A DNA stretch of 62,675 nucleotides, the filler included, from Hausera hauseri (Eukaryota), in the NCBI GenBank assembly GCA_046269625.1. It is 11 parts of 11 records of this genome, joined end to end, with 100 filler letters (N's around TTAATTAATTAA, not from the genome) between each part and the next. Parts side by side here need not be neighbours in the genome. Positions count along the whole stretch, not along the records: positions 34,507 to 44,392 come from JBJURY010271063.1; positions 44,493 to 49,046 come from JBJURY010529900.1; 9 more parts are not named here. One strand, given 5' to 3'. A model generated the notes under the pieces. The model did not search any database and was not told the origin of the DNA. It saw nothing but the letters and a program-made list of their open reading frames with translations. The position numbers were made by a program, and so were the translations under genes. This document shows, piece by piece, positions 35,153-48,530 of this stretch (within the stretch, counting starts at the first letter, position 1; each line of letters begins with the position of its first letter).

Positions 35153-36550
35153 AGGGTAAGGTTGCTTAAGTCGTACCCGCTAAGAAGAATAGCCCAAAAT
35201 CGGAGAATTTGTTATTGAACATTTACGTTATGAGTCTTATTGAAACTCCAGTAAACGCTACTTTTATTCATATGGAAAAATATACGATACATGTTTCGAT
35301 TTTATTTTACATGGCAAATTTTAGAATAATGACATAGGTAAAACTTGGGAATCCTGTATCTTAAGTCGTACCTCATGCTAAAATTGAATAAACAGTTAGT
35401 ACAAACATTCCATAAATATTTCTTTATTCTTTTGTTAACTCCAGCACATAGATCATGTATCCATGCTTTACATTTTAAGCATTGAATCATGTTTTCCTTC
35501 CAGTCTTCTGTACAAATATTACAACACCAATCAATGTTAGTTTCATTGGTTTCCTTCTTTTTAATTTTTAATTATGCACTTTTATTAACAGCCTTTTTTC
35601 TTGTCTTTAGCTAGTTTTTGATTGCTTTTTTATTCAGAGTTGACGTCATTTCGATTGATGAGGAGCCTAAATCGATTGTTTGTGGTTGTTAAGTTCGGAA
35701 TAAGAGATAAGACATTGATTTCCAGTCTTATTTGGTTTGAATCTGATGTTGAAGGCGTTGCAACAAAGTTCATAGGTGCCCCATTTTTTCTCATGAATTT
35801 CATCACTCACAATTTGAGTAGGATCTGTGTGTAAGGAGCCTTCAACCTCAACAATTGAAGAGAAATAATCTTGGTCTGGAAATTCATATCTGTTGCATGG
35901 CCATATTCCTGTACATTTAAAACCATTTAGAGCAATATCCATACTAACTAATTTTGTGTATGCACTTCCAAATAATTCTGACACATTAGTGTGTATAATC
36001 ATATTTCCTGGATTTGTTCTTAATCAAGCAGATGACACTTGGTTATAACTGCTTTTAGAAATGTGAAAAAAAGATTTGTCCAAAGTTGGAGATGATGAGT
36101 TGTATGAGCAGGAAGGGAGAACATTATCATTTCATACTCATACGCTAGGTTTATAAGTTCAATATTTTTTGTATTGGTAGTATGTCCATCTAAAAGAAGT
36201 AGTATTTGATTATTGTTACTTGTCTCTAACCTTATGCGCTTAATAAAATGTTCTAAATGTTTGACAAAGGTATCTGACGTTATCCATCCATTTTTGATCA
36301 TGAAAATATTTATTCGGGTGGTGCTCCTTTCTTTAAGCAATCGTTAATCCGAGCGCGTTTAAATATCAACATTGAAAGTATCAATACTGTTGAAGCATTC
36401 ATACAGCATACACTTGTTGTTAAACCCCTTTCTCGACTAGTAATTGCACCAACTTGTTGTTTTCCTTTCTGAGAAATTATTTTAGATGGTTTGTGAACTG
36501 TGGACAATCCTGCTTTATCAACGTTATATACCTTGCTTGAAGTGAACTTT
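35153..36550 (-). mobile_element. pogo/Tigger-like DDE_1 transposase with C-terminal PHD finger, decayed, 5' part displaced by a Polinton-like insertion
   Basis: VYNVD.AGLSTV, GKQQVGAITSRERG, NGWITSD.F, LLLLDGH.T, LPAHTTH.LQ, GFKCTGIWP and C..C....MIQC.KC..W.H..C. TAGGGTAAG TIR-like end at about 35153. Confidence 0.9.
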
Positions 36551-36845
36551 AGTATAGGGATGAGAGCGCACAGCACCAAGGCCCCCGCGGAGGGAAAATC
36601 CATGTGGTTCGCGGGTGAGTCATGGGGTAGGAAAAAATGATACACACACGCACGATTAATAGGGCGTAGATAAGAGGCACACAGTTATGAAAGTGAAACA
36701 CACAAGCATGCGTACTGCATGGTTTGTAGGAGGACTTAAAAGTTTGAATTTCGCGCCAAAATTTTTTTGTTTTAATTTTGGTATGTTTTAACTTCGCAAA
36801 ATTGCTATAAATACAGGTGTGAACAAAGTATTTCAAACAACAGTA

Positions 36846-37403
36846 ATGGAAATGGATGATCAATTGAAGCAATTATAAAATTTTGATTTACTGACAATTT
36901 CTGAATTGGAAAGATGGTAGAAAATACTTAAAAATGATTTAGTTGTACAAGCAAGAGATTTCGGTTTTCAAGCAGATCTAGCATCAATAACACTGATGAC
37001 AACAGCAAAGTGTGAATCATTTGAAAAATTGGTTAGTGTGATAAATCAAATATACATACACCGATTGTATGGTACAAATTATTTTAATACTGTTGAAAAG
37101 GTACGTGCTGAACTAAAAAACTTGAAAAAGAAAATGAAGAACAAAGTAATTAAGTGTCAGTTTATGTGTGTACAATGCAAAGAGAATAAAGTACATATGG
37201 TTTTCCTAATGTTCGGTCATTTGGTTGTATGTTCTAAATGTTCAAATGTAACACATTGTTCGCAATGTAAAACTAGAATTACAGAACAATGGGCATTTTC
37301 TATGACTGAAAAACATATTCAACAAAAACAAATAAGACATTTAAAAAATATTTATTTCATTAACACAGAAAACATTAAAATATGTACAAATCAAAAGCAG
37401 TAA
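36846..37403 (+). pseudogene. RING-HC (IAP/MDM2-like) E3 ligase-type gene carried by the Polinton-like element
   Basis: CVQCKENKVHMVFLMFGHLVVCSKC....HCSQCKTRI. Two in-frame stops in the N-terminal part. Upstream TTTCGCGCCAAA (E2F-like) and CTATAAATA. Confidence 0.75.
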
Positions 37404-40400
37404 TGTTCATAAGCAACACTTTTTTTTGATGTCCAGTGTCGCATATCATTAAAAGGGTCCAAAACTTCCTTTTTTGTACTAATAGTCATAAGTTGATGGT
37501 TCTTGTTCGCAATGCGTTCTTGATCAACAACTGACCCGCACTTATTTTCGTATGCCTGTAGGTATTGGCTGTTTCAAGTTGATGCCTTTGCATTTAAGGA
37601 CGGATCTGCTTTAAGTTTTAAGGTCATATGAATTCGGCCGTAAGATAATTGCTTTTTGGTATTCAACACTACCCTTACTCTCGTCCTTAAATTTTCCTAT
37701 ACCAGACGCAAAATGAGTAGAATAAAGCGGATCACTATGGTCGTAATTAGATGTGTCCAACTCTTCATTAACTATCATTGCTGAAATAAGCTGTTATCGC
37801 AAATCAACTCCATGACACTCAATAGAAAAGCTGTCTGTGTCACCAGCAATAATATTTAGCTCACAATGAAACGGCTGCCTATATTATTCCAACTCCATAT
37901 AATTCAGCTGATACGTTCTTATCTTAGAAAGATCAAGTACGGCCAGACCAATATATGATGGTATATCTAATGTAACCATGTCTTTATCGAGGAGAACGGC
38001 AACCAGATCATCGGCTATAATAATACTTTCTCTAAACTGTGCCTTGCTAGAATAAGGAATAAGCTTCTTTGCATTATTACACAGTATCAAGTTGGACATT
38101 TTCAATAGATTTTCAACTGTTTTTCCACACAGTCTGTTTTTTTTCAGATTAAAGAAGACTTTCTCAAAAGGATTATTCGCAGCAACCCTCTTAGCCATAT
38201 TTAAATCGAAGTAATCCTTAAAGACATAACCCTGGTCAAACTCAACAGCCCGATGTACCTTCTCAACTACAGCGCTAACTGTGCGTACAACTGTAAGAGC
38301 CGATAGTGAATAACATAGTTGAACTTACGTTCATGTGTCATTAACAATTTCTTTACTTTAGAACCAGAAGGACATTGGTTGATTGGAGCTAAAGTTAGTT
38401 GGTTTAATTTATCATGCTTGTCAGCCGGAACACTTAAATCAACCTCAAAAAATAAGCCTCGTTTTCACTAACAGTGTCAATAAAGGGTAATTGTTCAATA
38501 AGACTGTTTAATTTTTCCTCGTCATAAATCCAAGTCAAATTCACAAATGGCAGAGGTTGAGATAAAATCCAGCCTTACAAATTATTTAAATCTATATACA
38601 AGAGACTGGTGATTTCATCAGTAGCAACCCTATGCTTTTTTACAAAAGTCATGCCACCGCAAATACATGATTGGAAAAAAACTATACATTTCAGGATCTT
38701 GTATTAGCTCAATGTTACAGGGACTTGTTATTAGCGCTGTTGCCCCATTTAAACATGGAATGGAGACAAAGTTAACCGCCTGTATACAATCCTGTTACTT
38801 AACCTGCTTTCTAAACCCTTCAAAAATATCACCTAGCAAGTATACATTGAGTTTCATGTATACTAATATGTAATCTAGCAGACAGTTACATTTATATGTT
38901 GACCAAGCTAGTTGTGCTTCTTCATAATCGCTATCGCTAACACCATCCAATTTTGGAGGTAATTCTGAAATCGACTGCAAATCACTAAATGTTTTGGCTG
39001 CAGTATATTGGAAAATTCCTTTTCCCTTATGATGTCTGAAGAAAAAGCCGATTCTTCAAATTGGAAACTGTCTAAGTTGGAGGCTAAAGACTTTAATGAA
39101 GCTGGTAAAAACTGAAGAGTGTCTAGAAATCTAATAGTAACAGAATTTTACCCGAACATCTTACCATTGCAAACATAGTCATAAATTTTTCAGTCGCCTG
39201 TGGAATATCATTTAATCCCCAATTGCTGAATTTACTCAATGCGTGTTTTAAGATATGATGAAGATTATATCCACACAAATTGTGAAACATAACTGGTAAA
39301 TTAAATTTGATATGATGTGCAAAGTTACATTTGTTGCAAGCAGGGCCTAAGAATTTACCCTTAACATGACAGTGATCTCGAACAAATTGTGAACCATTTT
39401 CACGACAGAGGTAACAAGCAGTGGCACTTCTAAACCTATACCATTCAGCTGATATTAACTGGATCATAGGTTTTTTCGCATTCTCATAGAAAGGGAAAAC
39501 TTAGGTTTTAACAATTTCGACTAGACAAGCTAAAAATTCAACCATACAATTTTTACCAACAACACCTGTTGATAAAACTATCAAAAGACCGGCTGCAGCA
39601 GGCAAATAAATATGTTTAACCTTTTCATTAGGACAAAGAACAAATTCAAATTCGGCATATATAATTAAAGGTGGACTTATAGATTTTGACTAGTCCTTAA
39701 ATTCACTAAACTTATTTTTGGATATTTTATACAAAGTTATGCACTTTGAAGAAGACATACACATTAGAAAATGCTTAGCGTAAGCAGTGTCACGCCTAAA
39801 GCCATGCAAACATTTCTCACACCAATTTTGACATTGAATACGGATTTTCTTACTGTCAATATTCAATAGTCACCTAAGATTTAGAACAGCAACATAATGA
39901 AACTTATCATCATTTTCCAAAATCAACAAGTTAACTACAAAACCATTTGGATTTTTACTTTTATGCAAAATATCAACGAATGGATATTTCACTATATTAA
40001 CATTATAGTCAACATCATCCTCATCATGAAACAGAAATACATTAGTGGAAAGCGCTGGATTCTGCCTTTCAAATTTGCCTATGTTACATATTTTCATAGG
40101 CATATCATTCTAGGAATATTTCAGTTCACTTAAGTAAGGAGTGTAATTTTCAACTGACTCTTTTCAAAGAGAAAATACTTGGTCAATTGCCTTTGCAAAA
40201 TTCAAAGCGTCAGGTGTTGGAAGATATGGTTTTCCAGATAAATAAGGTAGTGGGTTGTTTGTACTATACGGCAGCAGTATTTAAGAATCTTCACAAGCTT
40301 CCGCCCACTACCCATTTCGGCAAAATTTTCAATTTGTTTAACTAAACTATTACCTACCGATTGCCGATAAGATTGCTCATTTGATACAGCTCTGTATGAA

Positions 40401-40500
40401 ATGCAAGTCTCCTTAAAGTCACCTTCAGAATTCTCAAAAAGAATTTCAAGACTTTACTGAATCTTACAAGACGGAAACCGAGTAGTGTACATATGTAAAG
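37400..40500 (-). pseudogene. Polinton pPolB with endonuclease VII-like domain, decayed
   Basis: KFERQNP.L..NVF, HYVAV.NL, CYLC....VRDHCH.KGKFLGPACNKCN, FHNLCGYN, YIDLNNL, PSYIGLAVLDLSK, DTDSF and GKFKDE. Boundaries approximate. Confidence 0.9.
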
Positions 40501-41404
40501 TAGTCAGAATCTCTTCAGGCGGTTGAGTAGAAATAAGAAGGTCGATACGCAACATAAAAACACAAACTCAAGTAATTATTAGCAAGACATAATGTACATT
40601 AAGTTTCACATTTTTTACAGTTTCCTTTTGCAGTCTTCGTTTTTTCATGGGAATGGACTGTTTTGTTTGGTTGTTTGCCCGCTTAGCTGGTTTGCCAGTT
40701 GGTTTTGATGTAATATGTTGGGCTGTTACAAATTGCTTAGCTGCTTTGATCATGTCCATATGATCTGGGATGATAGACGTTTCGATTTTTTGAAGTATGA
40801 AAGATGGTCCTGATCTGGATTTTTGAACTGTGGAAATTGTAATCCAGAAATAAGTTCATAAGTTGGGCAGAATGTAGAACTGTGCTCCATCAAATTTCAC
40901 ACCATCATATTTATCCATGTTGTAATCACATCTTTCCTGTATGTGAAGTGTAGTACGATAGTAGTACGTATGTGTTGGCCACTGATTCTTATATGCAAAT
41001 AATAATGTCAAAAAATACAAAATTAATAACAAAGTTTTGTTGGTGCATCGAAATGTCTTCTACAAATTTCTCTGCACCAACAGCATACCATCATTTTTCT
41101 GTAATGTGGACATTTTATAATATATCATAACTAATACTGTATGCTTTTGTCCATCGGTCTCCATTATATTATCAAAAATAAAAGGCATGTTAACTTTCTA
41201 ACATTTATTAAAAAACCTTCAAAAACTATCTTAACTTTTGATCTCAGATATCGTGCATTTAAAACAAAATCTTTTTACACTATCAAATCAAGAAGTTAAT
41301 AGAATTCGGTTCTCATCACGGAATCCCCAGTAGTTGTTTAATAGAATAATTTTCATACTATTAATCAGTATAATCAGACATAAAGAAAATTACANNNNNN
41401 NNNN

Positions 41405-44245
41405 ATAGGCACTACATTACCCCCCCCCGTTGCTGAGTTGAAAAACTGTATGGATGAGATTAAAAGAAAGTCCCCAGAACAAACGGTATAATTTGTCTAA
41501 TAATTTTTATGCGTACAGTTGTAATCATTCGTTATTTAGTTCTCTACTATACTTACTGAATGTGACTGATTTGCAATGTACCTTTGCCATAGTGTCTGAC
41601 TGCTGGTACGGTTGGGAAAAGAAACATTAGTTTTAGTATTATTGGGTGTTGTGTCTGGGGAAGGTAATACAGATGATGGAGAAGAGATGATTGCAGGTAA
41701 ATTATTCCAGTTTTCTGCGATAGTTTTGGAAGGTTATAAGTTGAGAGGGGAAGTAGAAATAGGCGAAGGTATAGGAATAGGGTGTGGAGCAGAAGTAGTG
41801 ATAAAATTAGGAGAGGAAAATGCGGAAATGGGGGAAGGAATGGGATTTAGAGGTGACGATGTAGGCATAGAAATGGGGAAAGCAGAATGATGTGTGTCGG
41901 GCTGGGAAATTGAAGTTGGGGTAGAGTTAGATACATGGGTAAGGAATGAGGTTGATGTTTTGATTTGTGAGGTATCGTCGACGTAAAAGGCGGGTTTTAG
42001 ATTAGTAATATGCACTACAATTTCTTTTCCGTCTTTGAGGATAACAGCGTTGTGCGAATACAGCTGCACCAATTTATATGATTCTAAGTACTGTGGCTGG
42101 AACCGCACGGTGTCTGGTATTTAGCCATACAAACTTTGCCTAGTATAAGTCTTCAGGTATGTAAGATTTGTCATTACTTAAGAGCTTAGAAAAAGAATCC
42201 TTGCTGATTGTAACGAAGTGTTCCTGTGCTGCTCGTATCCCCTCATCTGTAGGAGTCTCTTCAAGAGCGGTTAGTTCAAACAGTGACCATACAGGGGTTC
42301 CGAATAAAGCTTCCGTTGGTGAGCATCCTGTGGAAGTAGAACCAGTATAGCAGAAGGAACGGAAGAAGAGTAGTCCAAATGGTATTGGACGGTGCAAGTA
42401 TTCTAAGTGATGTTTTCAATGTTCGGTGGAAACGTCAAGAAGGCGATTCGATTGGGTATGATAAGATGTTGCATGAATGTGGCTTATTCCCAATCGGTTG
42501 ACTAGGGATTTAAACAGATTTGATTCAAATTGAGGGCCTTGGTCTGAGATGATATAACGACTGGATCCGAACCTACTAATCCACATTCGAATGAAAGTAT
42601 CGGCTATTGTGTCAGTGTTTCTGCTTTGCAAAGAGATGGCTTTCCACCATTGTGAGGAACGGTCCATCATAGTCAGAATAAATTGGTGGCCGTTATTTAT
42701 TGAAAGAGTACATACGATATTAATATGTACTGTTTCAAAACGTGAAGTACAGGGAAAGTGGTATAATTGTGGTTTTAAATGTTTTATAGCTTTATATTTC
42801 TGACAATCCACGCACTCTTTAACCGATGCTTGCACATCGGAGCGCACTGGTGGCCAAACTACTTGACGTTGAAGTAAACGAAAAGTTGCCTTGGCACCAG
42901 GATGATATAACCAATGTACACTATTAAATGTTTGTTTGTGTAAGGATGGAACAAGAATTATTTTGGAATGTCCTGGTTTGGATGTATCTAAGGCCATGCC
43001 GTCAACGATGTAGTGCGATTTGAACGACTTGAGAATATCTTAAGATGGCTGATTTTCTTGAAGTATTGTCTGAGTAAAAATTAGTAAAACAGAATGAATC
43101 GACTGATCTAGATAGGAAATCGGCAACTCGATTGTCAACACCGTCAATGTATTTAATGTCGAAGTTAAATGTATATCAATATGAAATTTGTCGTTCTTGT
43201 CGAGTTGAAGGGTGTTTTATTGCCATTATATTAATCAATGGTTTGTGATCAGTCTGTATAAAAAAATGACGAGATGTAAGTAAGTGAGAAAAATGTCTTA
43301 AAGCAAAAACTATTGCCAGCAGTTCCCGATCGAAAGTTGAATATCTAGTTTCTGGCGGCATTAATTTTCGGGAAAAGAATTCTAGGGGCTGATTTTCGCC
43401 TTTATACAACTAGTGTAGTATGGCGCCTACTGCAATGTTTGATGCATCTGTGGTCAAAATTAGCTCAGCGTCAGGCTTAGAAAATGCTAGTATTTCAACA
43501 GCCTTTAGTCCTTCGCACAGCCTATTAAACTTATTTACCAGTTGTGGTGTCCACTGGATTTTCTGGTGAGTTTTCCGCGGCTTAAGTGTGCAAAAGGTGC
43601 AGTAAGTTTCGAACAGTATGGAATATATTTATTGGCGCAATGCAAGGTACCAAGAAAACTGCACATTTCTGTGGTTGTCTTAGGTAGTTGGACGTTTATA
43701 AGAGTCTCAACTCGATCAGGCTGAGGTGAATGGCCGTATGATGAGATAATGTGTCCAAGAAAATTAACGCGTTTTTGGAAGAAGTTACATTTTGCAAAAT
43801 TGATTTGTAGATTGAACTGATTAAGTCGTTTGAAGATAGATTGTAAGTGTTCCTCGTGTTGTTTAATAGAAGACGAAGCAACCAAGATATCGGAAATATA
43901 TGGATGCGCAAAAGGAAAGTCTGAAAGTATTGAGTCGACGTGTCACTGAAAAGTCTGCGCAGCATTCCGGAGACCGAAAGGCATGTACAAGTACTCATAA
44001 AGACATAAAGGTGTGGTAACTGCAGTTTTCTCGATGTCTTCTAGTGTGACAGGAATTTGGTGGTAAGCTTTGGTTAATCAATTGTTGAATAAACTGTAGT
44101 AGTATTAAGCCGATGTAATGTCTTTGATTAATGATAATGGATATGCATCCATTATGGTTAAAGTATTAAAATGGCGGTAATCGCCACATGGTCGGAAGGA
44201 TCCATCTTTTCTGGACAACGTGGAGAGGTGAAGACCGTGGGGATT
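41405..44245 (-). mobile_element. Gypsy element 3: RT, RNase H, integrase, polypurine tract and start of 3' LTR
   Basis: RPCGDYR, MPFGLRNAAQTFQ, LTTDAS, YSTFDRELLAI, HPGAKATFRLLQRQVVWP, SDQGPQFES. G9 PPT at 41420-41428 followed by TGTAGT (41416). Closely related to element 2. Confidence 0.93.
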
Positions 44246-44774
44246 ATATGTTTTTATACTATAATTTAACAAATATTCAATCAAATACTGGAACTAAAAT
44301 TAATTTACATTGGTTACATATTCGAATGGCGATCTATTTAACGAAGCAAATTATATTTGAGAATGTGCAATATTTGATTAAAAAATCCACAANNNNNNNN
44401 NNNNNNNNNNNNNNNNNNNNNNNNNNNNNNNNNNNNTTAATTAATTAANNNNNNNNNNNNNNNNNNNNNNNNNNNNNNNNNNNNNNNNNNNNGACAAAGT
44501 TCGACTAAATTTGTTTTAAACAATATATTATTCTTTAAAATATCAACCAATTTTTAAAAATTTTTCCGACTTTCAATGACCGTTGAATTTGATTTTTTAA
44601 TTGTAAATTTTCGGTAATTAACGTATGAAACTTGTTTTACTTAAGTTTTTCTAAATAAATTTACATATTTTATTCCGAATTAAAACCACTTTGTTTTCAA
44701 TTTTAGATTTTTTAACCAATTTTCTATTCCAATCCAAAATGGTTTTTGTGAAATAATTTTTCTACAAACACAAA

Positions 44775-47700
44775 ATGTCTTCTGACTTTAATGATGATGA
44801 CAATTGGGCTGGAATGATGTATCAATCATCCAGCGGCCAAACGAACGTTTCACGATCGGACGAAATATCCGCCATATTTGATGCCTGTTCTCAATCCTGT
44901 GCCAGTTTCGAAGGGGAATCAGTCGACGATTTAGATTTCGTATCAGATTATCCATTAATCAGAGAGGAATTTCTTTCATCAACAGACACTTCAACCGTTT
45001 TATTCAATGAAACGAAACCGGCTGCCGATTTGCCGAAACTGCCATGTTTTTCCGAATTTGATGATCGACAAACTTTGGTATTCCACGGACCGTTTGTTCA
45101 ACTCGTCCAGAAATTCCGATGGTTCAAAAAAGAACGCTATGCCGTATTGTTTACGGACAAATTGGTGTTATTCAAGAAACCCGAACATAAAGTCTCGAAG
45201 ATCCAAATCCCCATTAAAATTATCACCGAGATCGGCTGGTTGGATCTGTCGAACAGTACGACGAAAAAGGATTTGAATAAATTCAAAATTGAAACACCAA
45301 ATCGTAGCTATAGATTCCAATGTGCCAGTCATGAGAATGCGATTCTGTGGATGAATCACATCAGTAAATTGACAATTGACAGGGAAATTGCTTTGGGAAT
45401 TGATTGTGAGAATCTACTGAAGGCAACGGTGAGTTTGGAGAATGTCAAAGGCAAACGAATACTTGTTCTGGAATCGAGTTACACTTTGGCGTATTACGAG
45501 ACGGATGATGATTACAAATTCAACGTCGCAATGCATCGAATTCAATTGCGCAGTAGCGGTGTAAAACGGGACGGTAACGATCTGAATTCGTTACTTATCA
45601 TTACATCATATCGAAGATATAAAGTCTGTTTTGAGTCGGCGGCAATTTGCGATAACTGGTTCAACAAACTGTCAACAGTCATCGTCAAGGCAATTTCCAA
45701 TAGTGCCAATTCAAAAACTGCCAAATCCGGCAACGCTATCTGGAATGAGTTAACACGTCAGAACCAATCGAATGAGTTCTGTGCGGAATGCGGCAAATCG
45801 TCACCGGAATGGGCATCGATCAGTTTGTTCGTTACGCTATGTTCGGCGTGCGGCGGACACCATCGTGGTCTGGGACCGAATGTATCGCGTGTACAGGGGA
45901 TTTATACCGATGAGACGACGTGGAAAAACAAGGCTATCATGAATCTCTTTACGATCATCGGCAATGATCACGCCAATGAATTCTGGGAATATTCACTAAC
46001 TGATCGACCGACGGCCATCGATAAGAAGTTCATCGTGGACAAATATTCCCGTAAGAAATTCATACAACCCAAAGAAACCATCAGCGGTTTGAACATCGAT
46101 CACAGTCTCAACGAGAATTTCCTCGATGCCATTCGACAAAATGACATCATCCGAACGATGAAACTCTATCATTCCGGTGCCGATATCAATTCGGTCGATG
46201 CGCAAACGAAACAAACGTCCATGGAAATCGCGGCAAACAACGGTCTATTGGAAATGGAGAAATATCTCAGTTGTCAATCGAAAATATCGACAAAGGATTT
46301 CAGGCAGCCACTGTCAGATTCATTGGATCGATTGACAAAATCGGAAATTGTATTTCACGAACGGACGTTTTACTGTTCTATAAACGAGTCGATCGATAAG
46401 GAATTGCGTCGATTTGTCATTTGGAATAAATATGTGCAGATTCTGTCACCGGGATCGGTGAAATGTCAACAGGAGATTTGCCGCATAAATTTTCTCAATA
46501 TTGCCCTCGTTCGGGAACAAGTGAAAACGGAGGAAATCGGATTGGTGTTGGTGATTCGTGATACAGATTTTGTCGATGTCGCAGTTAATGGACAGACGAC
46601 GATTGACAGTATCAAATTGTACACCGATCGATTAGACAATGCCACCGATTTGCGTGACTTCAAAAATGTTCTCGTTCAGAAAATTTGTCCAACTTTCAGT
46701 CCGACAACACCGGTTTGCTGTATGTGTTGGGTGATATTGAGTACGGCCGACGATGATTGGCGTCCGTATTTGTGTGTACTTAATACAAATCGCGTTATCA
46801 AATTTTATGACGTCACGGCCGATCCAAATAACAACGGCAATATTGAAACAATCCAAGTGGATTTGCGTAAAGTCCAGCGAATTGACGAATTGAAGAACAA
46901 CAATTTCGAATCATCGTGTCCGTATCACATGTACAATTTAGCGTCCATCTGTTTGAACGTCGGTGTCATTTATCACGTGCGCTGTGACACGAAGTCTGCG
47001 TACGATGAATTACTGCACACACTCTGTGACTCATGGCGATATCGGGATTTGTCGTTATCCAATCAGATTCTCAATAAATTCGATGTGCCTGTTGTCGTGC
47101 ATAAGATGATTCAACATTTGCATTTGACTAGCGCCAGTTTGGAGGGACTGTTTCGTCGGGTGGGTAGTGTGCGTGAGGTCGAGCGGATTTACAATGAGCT
47201 GATTGCCGATCCGAATTCGTTTGTGCTCATTAATTGCAATCCGTATGACGTTGCCAGCGCGTTGAAAATGTTTTTTCGGAAATTGACAGATCCGCTGTTG
47301 ACTAAACGATTGTATGAGCATTGGATTGCTGGCACGAAAATCGATGATTTGAATGAGCAATTGTCGTATTATAAGTCATTGTTGGAATGTTTGCCGGCGG
47401 TAAATTACAACACGTTACGATCGTTGATGTTTCTGTTGTGCAGTCTTGTAAAGAATAACACGGTCACACAAATGAATCCTGATAATTTGGCCACCAGTCT
47501 CAGCACATGTCTACTCGTGTCTGAGTCTGACGAACATGGGTTCTGTAAAAATGATCTGCAAGTGTTACCGGTCTTTATCATCAACTTTCAATTGTTGTTC
47601 GATGTTACCGAGAAAGAAATCAAAATGGAAGAGTTGATGCGCATAGTTCGACTGCTGGTCAATTGCCGTACATCGAATATGAGANNNNNNNNNNCGGAAA

Positions 47701-48530
47701 AGTGTCGATTAGTGGCGCCGATAGAGACGAGTACTTTGCGAGATATTTTTGTCGATGTGACGTTGGAGTCGTTTCTCAACGACAAGGGATTTGAGAAGGT
47801 CAAAGACAAATTGATCGGCGGTGGACAGCTGTTTCTCAAACAGTTACCCATCGAAACGACAATGACGACGGAATCACTCAAGTCGAAATTGTTTAACGAT
47901 TCTGTCGGTGACTTATCGCAAATCGTCTTGTTCGAAGAACGGAAAATCGACGACAACATCATGGGACATCTGGTATACCCGGATGAGAATCTGATGTCGG
48001 CTATTCGGTATTCCGATGAAACTGAATTGCGTATAAAGCAACAATCGACGGAGCCGAACAAACGGTGGATATTTCGATTGAACACGAAAAACGTCATATT
48101 CGACATTCGTAATCGGTGCAATTCCGTTGTTCGTTGTTGGGTCAATTATGCCAACATATCGAAAAAGGTTTGGATGGAATTGACCGATACGAATCAGTTG
48201 AATCTGTGGAAATCCGATCATACGAATGAGTTGATTGCGAATTTTTCCATTCGCAGTTTGGTGTTGTTTCGATCGGTGTCCGATCAGAAATTTGCAGTTG
48301 CACTCGACGACATGCGATCACATCACGGTAACAACTCGATGGTCGCATGTACGCCGGGTGTTGTGAAACTGCTCCAGAATTTGTCGTTGAAACCGAAATT
48401 GTACTTTTTGTTGTTGATTTTCATTTCGAAATCCGATTACGATTCTTTTGTTCGCCTGTACGATCACTGTAAATTGATCGAAATGATCCCCATTGAAAAG
48501 AGACCAGGCGTTGCTAAAATAGTCCGGTGA
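44775..48530 (+). CDS. ARAP: ARAP/centaurin-delta (PH-PH-ArfGAP-Ank-PH-PH-RhoGAP-RA-PH), single exon
   Basis: ArfGAP CAEC...PEWASISLFVTLCSACGGHHRGLG..VSRV, ankyrin GADINSVD, RhoGAP VPVVV...EGLFRRVG...DVASALKMFFRKL.DPL...LPAVNYNTL...QMNPDNLA, and PH domains. A 10-N gap lies at 47685-47694. Confidence 0.92.
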   Translation: MSSDFNDDDNWAGMMYQSSSGQTNVSRSDEISAIFDACSQSCASFEGESVDDLDFVSDYPLIREEFLSSTDTSTVLFNETKPAADLPKLPCFSEFDDRQTLVFHGPFVQLVQKFRWFKKERYAVLFTDKLVLFKKPEHKVSKIQIPIKIITEIGWLDLSNSTTKKDLNKFKIETPNRSYRFQCASHENAILWMNHISKLTIDREIALGIDCENLLKATVSLENVKGKRILVLESSYTLAYYETDDDYKFNVAMHRIQLRSSGVKRDGNDLNSLLIITSYRRYKVCFESAAICDNWFNKLSTVIVKAISNSANSKTAKSGNAIWNELTRQNQSNEFCAECGKSSPEWASISLFVTLCSACGGHHRGLGPNVSRVQGIYTDETTWKNKAIMNLFTIIGNDHANEFWEYSLTDRPTAIDKKFIVDKYSRKKFIQPKETISGLNIDHSLNENFLDAIRQNDIIRTMKLYHSGADINSVDAQTKQTSMEIAANNGLLEMEKYLSCQSKISTKDFRQPLSDSLDRLTKSEIVFHERTFYCSINESIDKELRRFVIWNKYVQILSPGSVKCQQEICRINFLNIALVREQVKTEEIGLVLVIRDTDFVDVAVNGQTTIDSIKLYTDRLDNATDLRDFKNVLVQKICPTFSPTTPVCCMCWVILSTADDDWRPYLCVLNTNRVIKFYDVTADPNNNGNIETIQVDLRKVQRIDELKNNNFESSCPYHMYNLASICLNVGVIYHVRCDTKSAYDELLHTLCDSWRYRDLSLSNQILNKFDVPVVVHKMIQHLHLTSASLEGLFRRVGSVREVERIYNELIADPNSFVLINCNPYDVASALKMFFRKLTDPLLTKRLYEHWIAGTKIDDLNEQLSYYKSLLECLPAVNYNTLRSLMFLLCSLVKNNTVTQMNPDNLATSLSTCLLVSESDEHGFCKNDLQVLPVFIINFQLLFDVTEKEIKMEELMRIVRLLVNCRTSNMRXXXXEKCRLVAPIETSTLRDIFVDVTLESFLNDKGFEKVKDKLIGGGQLFLKQLPIETTMTTESLKSKLFNDSVGDLSQIVLFEERKIDDNIMGHLVYPDENLMSAIRYSDETELRIKQQSTEPNKRWIFRLNTKNVIFDIRNRCNSVVRCWVNYANISKKVWMELTDTNQLNLWKSDHTNELIANFSIRSLVLFRSVSDQKFAVALDDMRSHHGNNSMVACTPGVVKLLQNLSLKPKLYFLLLIFISKSDYDSFVRLYDHCKLIEMIPIEKRPGVAKIVR

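Larger units (their letters stand above)
36551..41394. mobile_element. Polinton-like element fragment inserted into the pogo element
   Basis: Abrupt junction at 36551 beginning AGTA, followed by a GC-rich terminal region, a RING gene and a convergent pPolB. Confidence 0.7.
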
